Sequence record: PP445229.1
Strand: one strand, 5' to 3'
Origin: Escherichia phage EC.W2-6
DNA length: 64,000 nucleotides
Below, piece by piece: positions 29,532 to 40,457 of this stretch. Made by a program: the position numbers and the translations under genes. The first letter of the stretch is position 1. Each line of letters starts with the position of its first letter. The notes beneath the pieces were generated by a model. The model was given only the letters and a program-made list of their open reading frames with translations, was not told the DNA's origin and did not search any database.

Positions 29532-31187
29532 TTATTGAGTAAACCAGCTAGTGTCTTCGACAGCTGATAAAGCACCATTGAGCTTAGGATTGGTTGCTGC
29601 ACCACCAACTGCTTCTTCTGCTTGTTCAGAGAAAACACCTAGAGGGTCATAGAAACCACCAGAAGGGATTGCACGGTTAACCAATGCAGTAGCTCTCTTC
29701 TTATCCATACCAGAACCGATGTAAGCTTCAATCGTAGCTCTCTTAGCATCAGCAACACCTTTCATTGCAGAGGTGTGACCAACGTTAGCTTGCTTACGAG
29801 CATAAGCAAGAGCAGAATCAGTAGGACGCCATCCAGATTTCAGTGCAAACTTGTTGCCAACACGAACGAAGATTGATGGGTCTTCTGCAAAGTGCCCCAA
29901 GTCTTCTTCGGTAAGAGAACGAGTAGCACCGATTTCAGCCCTTGCGGAGTTCATGATAGCCTGCATGTAAGCAGAACGAGCTGTCTGATAGTCTTTATCC
30001 TTAACAGCCTTATCAGCCAAATCCAAGTCTTTGTTAGACTGGTTAAACAGGCCACCTTTCTCTGCCCACTGCTTAGCAACCGTACCTTCAGCTGTATTCT
30101 GAGCAAGACGAACTTCTTTCGGGTTAAAGTTAAAACTCTGAGCAGCTTGTTCAGCACGTTCAGCCTTAACCTTATCACGATAACCAATCAACTCTTTCTG
30201 ACGTTCAAAGTTCATGTTAGCTCTTTCTTCAGCGGCACGACGAGTTTCATCAGCACGCTCACGCATAGTTTGCTCTTGAATCTGTTGACGTCTATCCCAT
30301 TCAGCATTTTGTCGTTCTTCACGAGCAGCATACAACGCTTCTTTCTGAGCAGGGTCTACAGCTCTCATCTTCAGTAGAGATGGGTCTCCGTTAGCAATAG
30401 CAGCTGCAATCGAGTCTTGAGAGAAGCCTTGTTCAATCAGAGCATCACGGTTAGCTTCCAGTTGCTTCTTAGTCTCATCTTGATTAGCCATTCCCTGACC
30501 AATCTGGAAAGCTTCAATAGGAGACTTACCTGACATAATGGAAAGACCTACACCCATCAAACCTGTGTAGAAACTAGAGTTCTGATAGAATGGTTCTTTC
30601 TGTAGCTTGTTCCAAGCTTCCGAAGGGTCTTTAGCTTTCGCAACTTGCAAGATATCATTGTTAACACGTTCCTGATCTTTAGCACGAGTAGCAGCAGCCA
30701 TTCCATCACCAGTATCTTGTCCTTGAGCAAGAGTATTAATCACACCTTGTGCCTGTTCCACCTGAGAAGGAGTAAACTCCATAGGACCAGCTTCTAACGG
30801 TTTAGTAGGAGGTGTTACCGGAAGAGGGTCACTAGGCATAAGCCCAGCATCCTGTAAACCTTGATCAGTGGATAGGTTAGGGTTAGACGCTACAGGGGCC
30901 GGTGCTCCAATATCAATACCTTGAAGACTTGTAGGAGTTCCTTGATTCTGCTGTTCCATAAGACGTTGCTGGAATCCCGGATTAACCATAGCAGTCTGAT
31001 CTTCTTCTGCCTGAGAGACAAGACCCGCAAGAGATGAAGGTACAGCAGGACGTTGATACATAGAAATATCTGCTGTCTGAGTTGGTCTAGCCATATAAGG
31101 AGAGGCCGAAGCCGCTCCCGGATTAACACCATAGAAAGTATTTCTCGGGTCACGACTTCTGACCTGAGCGTAAGTTGTCTGTTGCAT
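29532..31187 (-). CDS. internal virion protein (551 aa)
   Basis: Position in virion gene block; mixed low-complexity N-terminus and helical C-terminus. Confidence 0.45.
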   Translation of the reverse strand: MQQTTYAQVRSRDPRNTFYGVNPGAASASPYMARPTQTADISMYQRPAVPSSLAGLVSQAEEDQTAMVNPGFQQRLMEQQNQGTPTSLQGIDIGAPAPVASNPNLSTDQGLQDAGLMPSDPLPVTPPTKPLEAGPMEFTPSQVEQAQGVINTLAQGQDTGDGMAAATRAKDQERVNNDILQVAKAKDPSEAWNKLQKEPFYQNSSFYTGLMGVGLSIMSGKSPIEAFQIGQGMANQDETKKQLEANRDALIEQGFSQDSIAAAIANGDPSLLKMRAVDPAQKEALYAAREERQNAEWDRRQQIQEQTMRERADETRRAAEERANMNFERQKELIGYRDKVKAERAEQAAQSFNFNPKEVRLAQNTAEGTVAKQWAEKGGLFNQSNKDLDLADKAVKDKDYQTARSAYMQAIMNSARAEIGATRSLTEEDLGHFAEDPSIFVRVGNKFALKSGWRPTDSALAYARKQANVGHTSAMKGVADAKRATIEAYIGSGMDKKRATALVNRAIPSGGFYDPLGVFSEQAEEAVGGAATNPKLNGALSAVEDTSWFTQ

Positions 31188-31200
31188 ATTTATCTCCTAA

Positions 31201-32169
31201 TTAAGTACTAGCCAACCCACCGATTACACCCCCAGCTAATGCACCCCAAGGCCCAAAGGAAGAGCCAGCTGCTGCACCACTCATAGCTCCACCAAGGAAA
31301 CCACCTTTGCCACCAGATGTTTTAGTAGTTGTAGTTTGTCCGAGAGCACCGTTAAGTACACCTGCTGCACCGAGTTGGTTATTGATATCTTGCCATCCCC
31401 AATTAGCTGCGTTCTGAGCATTCTGGTAGGCATTATCATATTCATTCTGTTGTTGCTGTTGTTGCTGCAACCCTGCATTCCATTGATTCATTATTTGCTG
31501 TTGAGACAAATTAGCACCCTGCTGACCTAGGTTAGAAAGGTTAGAACCAATATTAGAAAGACCAGAGAGAGCAGCTGCCTGATTCTGTCTATTACCAGAG
31601 AGGATGCTTTCAGCTTGGCTAATAGCCGAGTTATAGGCACTATTGGTAATATCTGTTGCTTGGCCTTGCATCTGATTCAGAGCATCACCTTGGGCAAAAG
31701 ACTTAGCCATACGAGCACCTGAACCTTGTTGACCAGCAAACTGTTGAGCTAACTGAGGAAGAGCATTACGTGCCAAGTTCTGTTGAACCTGTTCATTATT
31801 AGCTGTAATGGCTGCTTGCACAGCGTCATCATCATACAGTTGACCAGCGAGAGCACCAATCTGCTCTCCAGTAATCCCACCTTGTCCAGAGAGGCTCTGA
31901 TAACCTTTATAGGCATTATCTAGATAACCCAAGCCTTGACCTGCTGCATCCATATACTGCTGTGAGAGAGTACCTAGAGCGCCAGATTGTGCTAGGTTGT
32001 TAAGTGCCTCTGTCTGATTGTTATTAAACCCTACATTGTCACGATAAACATAATCCCCTGAACTAGTATTACCAATCTGTTGGTTAAGCTGGTCAATATA
32101 CTGTTGAATGTATTCAGGGCGAATCATTTGGGAAGTAGTTTTACTACCCCCGCCTCCGAAAAGTCCCAT
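31201..32169 (-). CDS. Gln/Asn/Gly-rich internal virion protein
   Basis: Strongly Q/N/G/A-biased low-complexity composition (QQQQQQQNEY, NLSNLGQQGANLSQQQ). Confidence 0.45.
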   Translation of the reverse strand: MGLFGGGGSKTTSQMIRPEYIQQYIDQLNQQIGNTSSGDYVYRDNVGFNNNQTEALNNLAQSGALGTLSQQYMDAAGQGLGYLDNAYKGYQSLSGQGGITGEQIGALAGQLYDDDAVQAAITANNEQVQQNLARNALPQLAQQFAGQQGSGARMAKSFAQGDALNQMQGQATDITNSAYNSAISQAESILSGNRQNQAAALSGLSNIGSNLSNLGQQGANLSQQQIMNQWNAGLQQQQQQQNEYDNAYQNAQNAANWGWQDINNQLGAAGVLNGALGQTTTTKTSGGKGGFLGGAMSGAAAGSSFGPWGALAGGVIGGLAST

Positions 32170-32181
32170 ATCAAATCTCCT

Positions 32182-33234
32182 TTAGTTTGCTCCAAATGCC
32201 CCTAAGACACCACCTAAGATATTACTACCTGCTGTGGATAACCAGTTAGACTGACCTTTCTGTTGAGAAAGATTAGAACCACCAATCATAGGACCAGCCA
32301 TTCCAGATTGCCCACCTGAGTTGTTATAGGAACTCCAAGCATTCTGAGTCTGTTGATTAGGAGAGAAAGCACCCATACGACCTGCAATACCTAATCCAGT
32401 GATACCAGCACCTAGGAGCTGTTGTCCAGTATTAACCCCCGGAGCAGCATTCTTAATCGTGTACCCAGCCATTGGGCTTACACTATTTAATACATTAAGT
32501 TGGTTGTTAAGCTGATTCCACCTATACTGTTGAGAGCCAATAGCGTTCTGCCAATTAATATCAGCTTGAGCTTGGGCTTGTTGCTGTTGTAGATTACCAG
32601 CCATGAGTTGATTCTGGATAGCTTGTTGAGTTGCCTGAACACCTTGAGCACCAAGATTGAGATTCTGTCCAGCCAATCCTGACTGAGCACCAAGTAAGCC
32701 CCTCTGGAAGTTTTGGTCTTGTTGAAGAGCACTGATTCCCATATTCTTGCCACTGATAGTACGAGCTAAGTTTGTATTAGCACTGTTCAGAGCAGCACCT
32801 TGAGCAGCAGCTCTACGGAGAGAGCCTGAATCAGAACCATTTCCGAGGGATACATTGGAAGCTGCCTTACTAGTCGCTTGAGCAAGAGCTGAGTTATTCA
32901 ATCCTTTACTAAAGTTATTAACACCATCAGCAGTTAGACCACCACCATTGACAATATTCTGATACTGCTGTGCAAGAGAGTTTAATTGGTCCAACCCTTG
33001 CTGTGTACGAGGCGTGTACATATCAGCCAATTGCTTCTGAGTAGTAGAAGCTGCTAAGTTGTTCAGAGCACCCTGTTGGTTGCCATTAAACCCAGCCAGT
33101 TGTTGGGAGATGAATCCCGGATCGTTGTTCTGCATATTCTGAGCATTAGCAACAATCTGCTTCAGCAGGGCATCAACCTGAGAGGAAGGGGCCACTGTGG
33201 TTTTGCTAGAAGCTGATTTTCCAAATAAAGACAT
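32182..33234 (-). CDS. Gln/Asn/Gly-rich internal virion protein
   Basis: Similar composition to the downstream gene; likely paralogous. Confidence 0.45.
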   Translation of the reverse strand: MSLFGKSASSKTTVAPSSQVDALLKQIVANAQNMQNNDPGFISQQLAGFNGNQQGALNNLAASTTQKQLADMYTPRTQQGLDQLNSLAQQYQNIVNGGGLTADGVNNFSKGLNNSALAQATSKAASNVSLGNGSDSGSLRRAAAQGAALNSANTNLARTISGKNMGISALQQDQNFQRGLLGAQSGLAGQNLNLGAQGVQATQQAIQNQLMAGNLQQQQAQAQADINWQNAIGSQQYRWNQLNNQLNVLNSVSPMAGYTIKNAAPGVNTGQQLLGAGITGLGIAGRMGAFSPNQQTQNAWSSYNNSGGQSGMAGPMIGGSNLSQQKGQSNWLSTAGSNILGGVLGAFGAN

Positions 33235-33253
33235 AAGTCCTCCTTAAAGATTA

Positions 33254-34036
33254 TTACTTTACACCAATGCTAGCCAGACGTCTGAGCACTGCTTGTGTTT
33301 GTGGACTGTACTGAGAACCTGCTGCATGTGGTGCACTTGCCCTCTGAACTGTTTGAGAAGTGGGAGGTTTACCAGCAAGCATAGCAGCTACCCCTAATAC
33401 TGCATTACCAAAGTTCTGTTGAGGTTTCTGATTTTCGCCTTCCTGCACTTCATCAGAGTAAAACTCTACTGGATTTCCACCTAAAGCACCTGTCTTAGAA
33501 GCAGCAATCTCTGCCTGAGTTGGAGCTTGTGCGGCCTTCTCTCTATCTAACAAGTCAGGACTAAACTGATTGACTGGTTGAACAGCTTGCAAAGCTCCAA
33601 CAGGGTTAGCAATCTGAGAAGCTGCATCACCATAGAAAGGAAGAAAGTGTTTATTGTTCATGGAGTCAAGAGCTTGTGGAGTAAACCCCTTTTTACCAGC
33701 GAACATTTGCTTAGCTCCACCGATACCTTCTGAATAACCAACCATTGCTTTCTTAACATCACCATTAAAAGCTTTTAAGTTATCTCTTATGTAACGAGCG
33801 CCCATATCAATATTCTTTGCTGGGTCAAGTCTATCTTCTAGTTTGTAACCGTAATCTTTAGCCAACCCTTTACTGATCTGCATTAAACCTACAGGACCAG
33901 TTCCAGAGGCCACTGTAGGACGACCACTGGACTCTCTTTGGATGACAGCATGAATCAAAGCAGCAGGAATCCCATACTTCTTTGAAGCTTGCTGTACCAT
34001 TGGGTCTAGTTCTTCGATACCCATTCTGATTGCCAT
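33254..34036 (-). CDS. virion-associated lytic transglycosylase (SLT domain)
   Basis: IQRESSGRP ... GPVGLMQIS ... AYNGG-like SLT motifs (ES, GLMQ). Confidence 0.7.
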   Translation of the reverse strand: MAIRMGIEELDPMVQQASKKYGIPAALIHAVIQRESSGRPTVASGTGPVGLMQISKGLAKDYGYKLEDRLDPAKNIDMGARYIRDNLKAFNGDVKKAMVGYSEGIGGAKQMFAGKKGFTPQALDSMNNKHFLPFYGDAASQIANPVGALQAVQPVNQFSPDLLDREKAAQAPTQAEIAASKTGALGGNPVEFYSDEVQEGENQKPQQNFGNAVLGVAAMLAGKPPTSQTVQRASAPHAAGSQYSPQTQAVLRRLASIGVK

Positions 34037-34045
34037 AATATCTCC

Positions 34046-35080
34046 TTATTGTATACTCCTGAATATCTTTCTAGCATCTAATATTGGAATACTTAACCCG
34101 AGGGCACCACCCCCTCCTAAATCATATTGACTACTCCAAGAGTAAATCATCCTTCCGAAACCTGTACCGAAAGAAGAGCCATTCATCATGTGAGATCTTG
34201 TGTGTTGAAAATACCAACCACTAGCCTTGCCTCTTATTGCTCCTGCTCCGTAAGATAGTGGTATCATTGGATAGGCCAGAGATGTGTTACCGCCACTCAT
34301 AGGCATAAATCCCTCAACACTAAAAGGGGTTCTATATGTAGAAAATACACACTGAGACCCATTTGGAGAGAAGATATTTAAACCACCATTGTGGGTTGGT
34401 ACTCCAGAACCATCACAGAAGACGGCAATTCTAACACCACCAATGTATCCTGTTTGGTTTGTGTTACCATTATCATGAGACCTGTTCTGGTACACATAAA
34501 CAACCCTATTGGATGGATTGTATAGCAGCCCTGCTCCACCGTTACTCCAATTCGCGTAGACAGTTGCTCGGCTCATATCAAAACCACCAATATCTGGTAT
34601 TTGAAGAGAACCATTTATGTCACCCTCCCAAGCCCAAATACATTGACCAACAACCCCAGAATCGGATATTGAGAAATAGTCAGCAGAGTTGGAGAATGTG
34701 ATTCCATAATTCCTGTTAGCTCTAGGCCATATTTGATACACATTAAAAGCCATATCAAATACCCAACCGTTTACATTATAGTCCATAGTAACTCTGAAGG
34801 TTGAGTTATTAATAACAGATATATCCGTTATCCAATACACATCAGACGTTACGTTAGGAGGTATGTATCTCTCCCAAACAACAGACCCTGTTGGAACTAC
34901 AACTATCTGACCACTACCATCCCAACCACTTATAGGCAAGTCACAGGTATTTCCACTAAAAGAGAAATTCCCACTGACTCTATTTCTGAGTTGAGGGAAT
35001 GTGCTACCACTATCGATGTAAATATCAGCAGGTGCCGCTGGACCCGGACCAACCGGGCGTGTCCATATTCCATATGCCAT
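34046..35080 (-). CDS. tail/baseplate protein (344 aa)
   Basis: Position; beta-rich, Gly/Asn/Ser-rich. Confidence 0.4.
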   Translation of the reverse strand: MAYGIWTRPVGPGPAAPADIYIDSGSTFPQLRNRVSGNFSFSGNTCDLPISGWDGSGQIVVVPTGSVVWERYIPPNVTSDVYWITDISVINNSTFRVTMDYNVNGWVFDMAFNVYQIWPRANRNYGITFSNSADYFSISDSGVVGQCIWAWEGDINGSLQIPDIGGFDMSRATVYANWSNGGAGLLYNPSNRVVYVYQNRSHDNGNTNQTGYIGGVRIAVFCDGSGVPTHNGGLNIFSPNGSQCVFSTYRTPFSVEGFMPMSGGNTSLAYPMIPLSYGAGAIRGKASGWYFQHTRSHMMNGSSFGTGFGRMIYSWSSQYDLGGGGALGLSIPILDARKIFRSIQ

Positions 35081-35081
35081 G

Positions 35082-36116
35082 TTACCAACTCCCTATTCTT
35101 ATGCGAAGAGTTCCACTCCCATCATAAAAATCTATTCTATTACCATTCATCCACAACTGAGAACCACCTGTACCACCCATAACAAAATCACCACCAACAG
35201 TAAGTCTCCAGTTAGAACCCCACATAGAACCAGCAGTGATTTTATCCGCTGATAAGTTCTGAATCTGAGCATTGGAGATAGATACGTTATCAATCTGTGC
35301 CCATTGGATCCTAGCGTTGGCAATCTGAGCAGTTGTGATGTTGACGTTCTTTATGTCAGCGAATTCCATCCTAGCTCGCCCACCCTCAAATACGAAGGGG
35401 GTATTCCCAGAGCTGCCATCACCAACAATAAATTTGTTAGCTGTTACTTGGAATTGACTGTTTGTTCCGTTGTTAGTTAACTTGACCCCAGCATATCTTC
35501 CGTTGACTGTAGAGTTAACACCCCACGTAGCTTCATACTCAGAGAGTTTCATATACTGAGAAAGGCTTCCGTTGATATTTTGCAGTTCTGTCTGAACAAG
35601 AGCAATCTCTTGACCTTGATCGTTAACAATACCTTCTACTGTCTGAATTTTAGTTGTGTTACCTTCGATGCTGGTCTTAAAACCAGATACAGTGCTTTCT
35701 AGCTTCACAGGGGGTTGAACAGAATTATCCCAAATGTCCTCAGTGGACAGGTTCCCCATCTGGGTTTGGATATCTGCAATAGCTGTTTCTATCTCTGTAG
35801 TAATTCTATTCTCAAGCTCATCAAATTGTAGATTCATTGCATTAAGAGCTTTAATACGAACATCAATCTCTTCGTGAATTTCATCTATAGCTTGGAACAT
35901 TTGGTTAGTAGCTGTGCTAACTTTTTGTAATTCATCATACACGGCTACGTTATATGTTTCTGTGTCCTGTACATTATTGAGAAACCCAACGTTGTACGGG
36001 AGTGTGGTGTTGTTGCGACCAGTGTTCTTACGAAAACCACCTGCACCCATAAGTTCCTCCAAAACAATAAAAGGGGCACGAAGCCCCTTGTTGTTATCTC
36101 CGCCCGCCAACAGCAA
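35082..36116 (-). CDS. tail fibre-like protein (344 aa)
   Basis: N-terminal coiled coil then repetitive ANARIQWAQIDNVSISNAQIQNL segment. Confidence 0.4.
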   Translation of the reverse strand: MLLAGGDNNKGLRAPFIVLEELMGAGGFRKNTGRNNTTLPYNVGFLNNVQDTETYNVAVYDELQKVSTATNQMFQAIDEIHEEIDVRIKALNAMNLQFDELENRITTEIETAIADIQTQMGNLSTEDIWDNSVQPPVKLESTVSGFKTSIEGNTTKIQTVEGIVNDQGQEIALVQTELQNINGSLSQYMKLSEYEATWGVNSTVNGRYAGVKLTNNGTNSQFQVTANKFIVGDGSSGNTPFVFEGGRARMEFADIKNVNITTAQIANARIQWAQIDNVSISNAQIQNLSADKITAGSMWGSNWRLTVGGDFVMGGTGGSQLWMNGNRIDFYDGSGTLRIRIGSW

Positions 36117-39111
36117 ACTCTATCGTTAAACCATTGATAGCAGCATTACTATTAACATCATTATCTATAACATTATAGAAAAGGTATGGATGGTTCAGTC
36201 TCACCGAGACATGCCTGTCAACACCGATCGTATATGTCTTAGATGTGTGTGGGTGTCCATATTCATTTGAGAATTGACTACCACCAGCTTCAAATATGTA
36301 AGTACCTGAACCAGTTGTCTGAGGTCGGAACCTGTTAATATGCTTCTGATTCCACTCATTCGTCACATTATCAAAATCTATACCAGTCCTCTCCAACCTC
36401 ATTTCCAGAGGCTTCTCTATAACAACATCATTTAGCCTGTCATAGAAGTAATCAAGAGCACCTACATCCACTTGATAGAATCCCTTCAAGAATGAACCTA
36501 CTATCGTAACCCTCTGTCTAAAGTTTGTTGCATCCTTTCTCCAAACGAGTTCTTTAATAGATGGGTCATCCCAAGTGATTTCTTGGAAGTCAGACCAGAT
36601 TGGACCTCTTTCTAAAACAGGAGGATCAACCAGACCAATACACTGAGCATATGGGATAGTACGGAATGACCAAGTATCAAACTCGTAGTTCCATACAGCA
36701 GCTTTAGTACAAGCGAAGCTTTCTTTTGGCTCTCCCGGACCTACGTACAGAACCCAAACTTCTTTCTTATCCTGATGCAAATGCACTCGAGTTGCTAGAG
36801 GGTTAACCAGACATACCTCGTTAATCAGCATATTCTTAACACGGTTAGATGCAATTGACTTCTTAGTTGCACCGTTGTGTAAGATTACATCGTTCTGAGT
36901 AACTACGAAGTGACTACCTTCTACTTCAACCACACACTCAGGAGCAAGGATACCAGAGTCGTTAAAGAGCTTCTTGAACATTAGAGGTTGGTACGTGTTA
37001 TTAGTCGGAGAACCAATATACGTTTCAAACTCTGTATAAACGAACAAGTAATCTTTAAGAGGTAGGATATCAATCAAGCTACCATTAGAATCTGCTAAGT
37101 CAATGTAACCAGCATACCCATTCTCTAGAGCCTGAGTCTGCCCTACGATGTTAGAAGCTAAGTCCGAAGACACAACTCGATCATAGGCAAAGTCATCCCA
37201 CAGTGTAGGAGCCTTGTTCTCATTGGCAAAGTTAGACCAACGAAGACGAAGCGGGTAGTTAGTGGTAACACCAGAAGCATTAGCCTCTCTCATATTCAGA
37301 GCAAAAAGACGGTTGTTAAAAGATCTTACTCTCTCACATTTCCAGTTAAACTTCTTGACTGAAGGGTTTCCATCACTATCCACCACTGTTTGCTCACCCC
37401 ACCCCGGAAGGTCTACAAAGTATTCTGATTCGAATTCTTTTACCTGAGGAGTTTCATAGTGAGTTGTAGCAACTGCACAGTTAGAGATAACAGCGTGATA
37501 CCAAGGGTAGTCATCAAAAGCATCGTAATCCTTCTGAGTCATCTGACTGACAGTACATGTTACGTTAATCTCTCCTTTACGAAGAGCAACCAGTTTGATA
37601 GATTTACCAGTGACTGAAGTTGTAGAAACATAACCAGTTTTATCAACAGACCACTGATAAGAGTACTCACCTTCTGGAGAAGCTGTGGCTGTAATGACAA
37701 CCTCTTCACCAACATCAAGAGAAGCGCTGACAATATCTAAGGTTACAGATGACAAAGGGGTTGCCAGTAAAGAAGCTCTTGCAAAACCTTCAATGTCATT
37801 CACGTTAGAGTAGTCATAGAAGTTATTACCTTCGTACATCCCTGACGTATCAATACCGGATGTAGGCTCAGCAAAATAAACCGTCTCTTCACTTTCAGGA
37901 GGAGTTACTACTTCTTCCTCTTGAGTTTCTACTGACTCTGACACAGGAGCAGCAAATGCCATAGAACTTGTTCTCATTGTTCTTCCAGCTAAATCTACAC
38001 GTACAGTACAGACAGCAACCCTGTTGCCTTCTTCAGTGGTAGCTGTAATCTCAGTAAAGCCAGCAAGTAAAGCGTTGATCGTCCCTTGTGTGCTAGTCCC
38101 TGATACTGTTGCAATATTTGGATTAGAAGAGGTCCAAGTAATATTTTGATTAGGGGCGTTAGCAGGAGAAAGGGTAGCAGTTAAGATATACTGAGAACCT
38201 CTACTCACAATAACATCTGACTGGCTTAAAGAGATACTATCAATCTGAGGGATGGAAACAACCTCACAAGAAGCAGTCTTAGTTCCGTTATCAGCAGTGA
38301 TTGTTACATTACCTTCTCCATTCGCTGTAATGACAGCAGTTAAAGAATTGGCGTTAGGGGTTACGGATACAATAGAAGCGTTATTGCTGGACCAAGTTAC
38401 AGGAGTCTTGCCAGTAACAGCCGTGAGAGTAGTAGTCCCTCCTTTACGAATTGTAACAGTGTCTTGACTCAAGAAGATGCCTGAATCACCGTCGATGATA
38501 TTAACAGCAATCTGAGCCACTACGGATTCGTTGGCAGTAGAGATAGTTACTACAAGATTACCTTCTTTCTCAAAAGATGTTAGAGTAGCAAGTTTAGAGT
38601 CACTAGGGTCTACCGTAATACTTCCATAGGATGAGTTACTAACCTCCCAAATAAGATCAGTATTGTTAGCATCAGCAGGGAGAAGAGAAACCTCTAGATT
38701 CTTGGTCTGATTGAAGTTCATTGAGATAGTTGATTCTTTAGGAACGATCTGAGAAACAACTGGATAAATCTTAATTGAGGCAGAAGCCTTCTTAGTGACT
38801 GTAGCAACCTTACGGCTAATATCAGTCAAGCTTTCATCTGTCAGTTTATATAACTTCTTATCCGTACCTACAACAAGAAAGCTATTACCTGCGCTATAAT
38901 AATCGAAAGGCATAGAAACGAAAGACAGAGGGGTTAAATCCTTATCTTCATCTACATAAGAAAGAGGGGCATTGCCCCCCGTCTTAAATACTCTCTGCTC
39001 AACAAATCGAGCATTTATAGCATTAGTGAAAGCATTAGGAGCTAAGTCTGTCGGAGCCTGATCAGCGATAATGCCTACAGCACCTAGTGACTTTATTGGA
39101 TACAGCGCCAT
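36094..39111 (-). CDS. large tail protein with Ig-like (BIG2-type) domains
   Basis: Several ~80-aa Thr/Ser/Val-rich repeats resembling bacterial Ig-like domains in the N-terminal third. Confidence 0.45.
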   Translation of the reverse strand: MALYPIKSLGAVGIIADQAPTDLAPNAFTNAINARFVEQRVFKTGGNAPLSYVDEDKDLTPLSFVSMPFDYYSAGNSFLVVGTDKKLYKLTDESLTDISRKVATVTKKASASIKIYPVVSQIVPKESTISMNFNQTKNLEVSLLPADANNTDLIWEVSNSSYGSITVDPSDSKLATLTSFEKEGNLVVTISTANESVVAQIAVNIIDGDSGIFLSQDTVTIRKGGTTTLTAVTGKTPVTWSSNNASIVSVTPNANSLTAVITANGEGNVTITADNGTKTASCEVVSIPQIDSISLSQSDVIVSRGSQYILTATLSPANAPNQNITWTSSNPNIATVSGTSTQGTINALLAGFTEITATTEEGNRVAVCTVRVDLAGRTMRTSSMAFAAPVSESVETQEEEVVTPPESEETVYFAEPTSGIDTSGMYEGNNFYDYSNVNDIEGFARASLLATPLSSVTLDIVSASLDVGEEVVITATASPEGEYSYQWSVDKTGYVSTTSVTGKSIKLVALRKGEINVTCTVSQMTQKDYDAFDDYPWYHAVISNCAVATTHYETPQVKEFESEYFVDLPGWGEQTVVDSDGNPSVKKFNWKCERVRSFNNRLFALNMREANASGVTTNYPLRLRWSNFANENKAPTLWDDFAYDRVVSSDLASNIVGQTQALENGYAGYIDLADSNGSLIDILPLKDYLFVYTEFETYIGSPTNNTYQPLMFKKLFNDSGILAPECVVEVEGSHFVVTQNDVILHNGATKKSIASNRVKNMLINEVCLVNPLATRVHLHQDKKEVWVLYVGPGEPKESFACTKAAVWNYEFDTWSFRTIPYAQCIGLVDPPVLERGPIWSDFQEITWDDPSIKELVWRKDATNFRQRVTIVGSFLKGFYQVDVGALDYFYDRLNDVVIEKPLEMRLERTGIDFDNVTNEWNQKHINRFRPQTTGSGTYIFEAGGSQFSNEYGHPHTSKTYTIGVDRHVSVRLNHPYLFYNVIDNDVNSNAAINGLTIEFAVGGRR

Positions 39112-39120
39112 AATTCCTCC

Positions 39121-39924
39121 TTAGCTAATACGTCTCCAAATGTGAGCTGCTCTGAATGGTGGCAAAGTGTTAATAGGTTGACGAGAGATATCATCACGAC
39201 CAAGACTTACACTACCAGAGATTGTATGAGTGTGAGTATCATTATCAGTTCTCTGACTGTATCCACCACCCGGACTATACCAGTTTGGCGAGCTGTTATG
39301 ACCACTAGCATCTCCACGACCAAATACCATGTTGTGACTGTGAGTATTACTGGATAGAGAGAAGCTGGAGCCATTAACTGTCATCAAAGGTACGTTCTCA
39401 GTTCGAATAGTATTGAAGACACGACCACCAGTACCACCTGCTTGGAACTCAACTCTCTGAGCATTAGGGACAGAACCATCAGGGTTTACTACACCAGTAC
39501 CCATGATAACACCAGTCACTTTAGCCCAAGAGCCAAACCCTAAGGAGATGGAATCACCGGGGTTAATATCTTCTTCAGTGATGTAGTAAGAACCAATTCG
39601 ATAGAGCTTATTCTCCATCCAGTTCTTCATGAACGCTTCCATCTGGCCTTTAGTAACAACATCCTTGTCACCAGTTCCCGGAGTAACGTTCTTGATCATA
39701 AGACCACCAACATCCATTGAATCACCAGTAAACTTGAGCTTCTCTGACATAATCTTAAAGGTGTCAGAATCTATATCAACTGGTTCTGTAACATTGGGGA
39801 ATGTGTTCTGTAACGTTTGTTTAATGAGGCGGATTTGAGCCGCCCCTTCGTAGATGTAATCCCTGTCTCTAGGATAGAGCGGGTTTAAGTCGGTAATAAC
39901 TACCGCATTAGTTTCGATAGCCAA
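39121..39924 (-). CDS. tail fibre / receptor-binding-like protein (267 aa)
   Basis: Position between large tail gene and endolysin; Gly-rich beta composition. Confidence 0.35.
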   Translation of the reverse strand: MAIETNAVVITDLNPLYPRDRDYIYEGAAQIRLIKQTLQNTFPNVTEPVDIDSDTFKIMSEKLKFTGDSMDVGGLMIKNVTPGTGDKDVVTKGQMEAFMKNWMENKLYRIGSYYITEEDINPGDSISLGFGSWAKVTGVIMGTGVVNPDGSVPNAQRVEFQAGGTGGRVFNTIRTENVPLMTVNGSSFSLSSNTHSHNMVFGRGDASGHNSSPNWYSPGGGYSQRTDNDTHTHTISGSVSLGRDDISRQPINTLPPFRAAHIWRRIS

Positions 39925-39936
39925 AAGGCACCTCCA

Positions 39937-40428
39937 TTAATATTTACCTTCGGTGTAAAGATTAGCTTCTGCAACTCTTCTATTATGAAGACCCTGACTT
40001 CTCTGCTTCTCTCCCTTGACCGTTATTTTATCCCAACGAAGAAATTCGGAATAAACATCCCCCTTAACATCTCCATTGATTACCTTCCTTAACTTAGATG
40101 TGCTCAAAGCCCCACTGCCAACATTGAAGTTGAAAGAAGTGAGTGCATCAAACTCATGAACTAGTAAAGGAACCTTTATGTTCTTCTGAGTAGCACGAAC
40201 AGAGTCTTGTGTGTCTCTATCTAGCAGAGCTAGACAATCCTCTATAGAATACGTTAATCCTTGTCTAACCGGATAACCATTCATATCGCGCGTAGCCCCT
40301 ACACATATAGTCCAGATACCTGCGGAATCTTTATAAGCCTTGGTTCTCATACCCTCATGCTTCATGATGAATTCCATTCCAGCTGGGCTTAAGTTTAATT
40401 GTACAGGTGGCAATGCGGCGTTATCCAT
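39937..40428 (-). CDS. endolysin, T4-lysozyme-like (GH24)
   Basis: FIMKHEGMRTKAYKDSAGIWTICVGAT matches the catalytic E ... D ... T region of phage lysozymes. Confidence 0.8.
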   Translation of the reverse strand: MDNAALPPVQLNLSPAGMEFIMKHEGMRTKAYKDSAGIWTICVGATRDMNGYPVRQGLTYSIEDCLALLDRDTQDSVRATQKNIKVPLLVHEFDALTSFNFNVGSGALSTSKLRKVINGDVKGDVYSEFLRWDKITVKGEKQRSQGLHNRRVAEANLYTEGKY

Positions 40429-40457
40429 TTCTAACCTCCTTTTGTAGTCCCTTTAAA

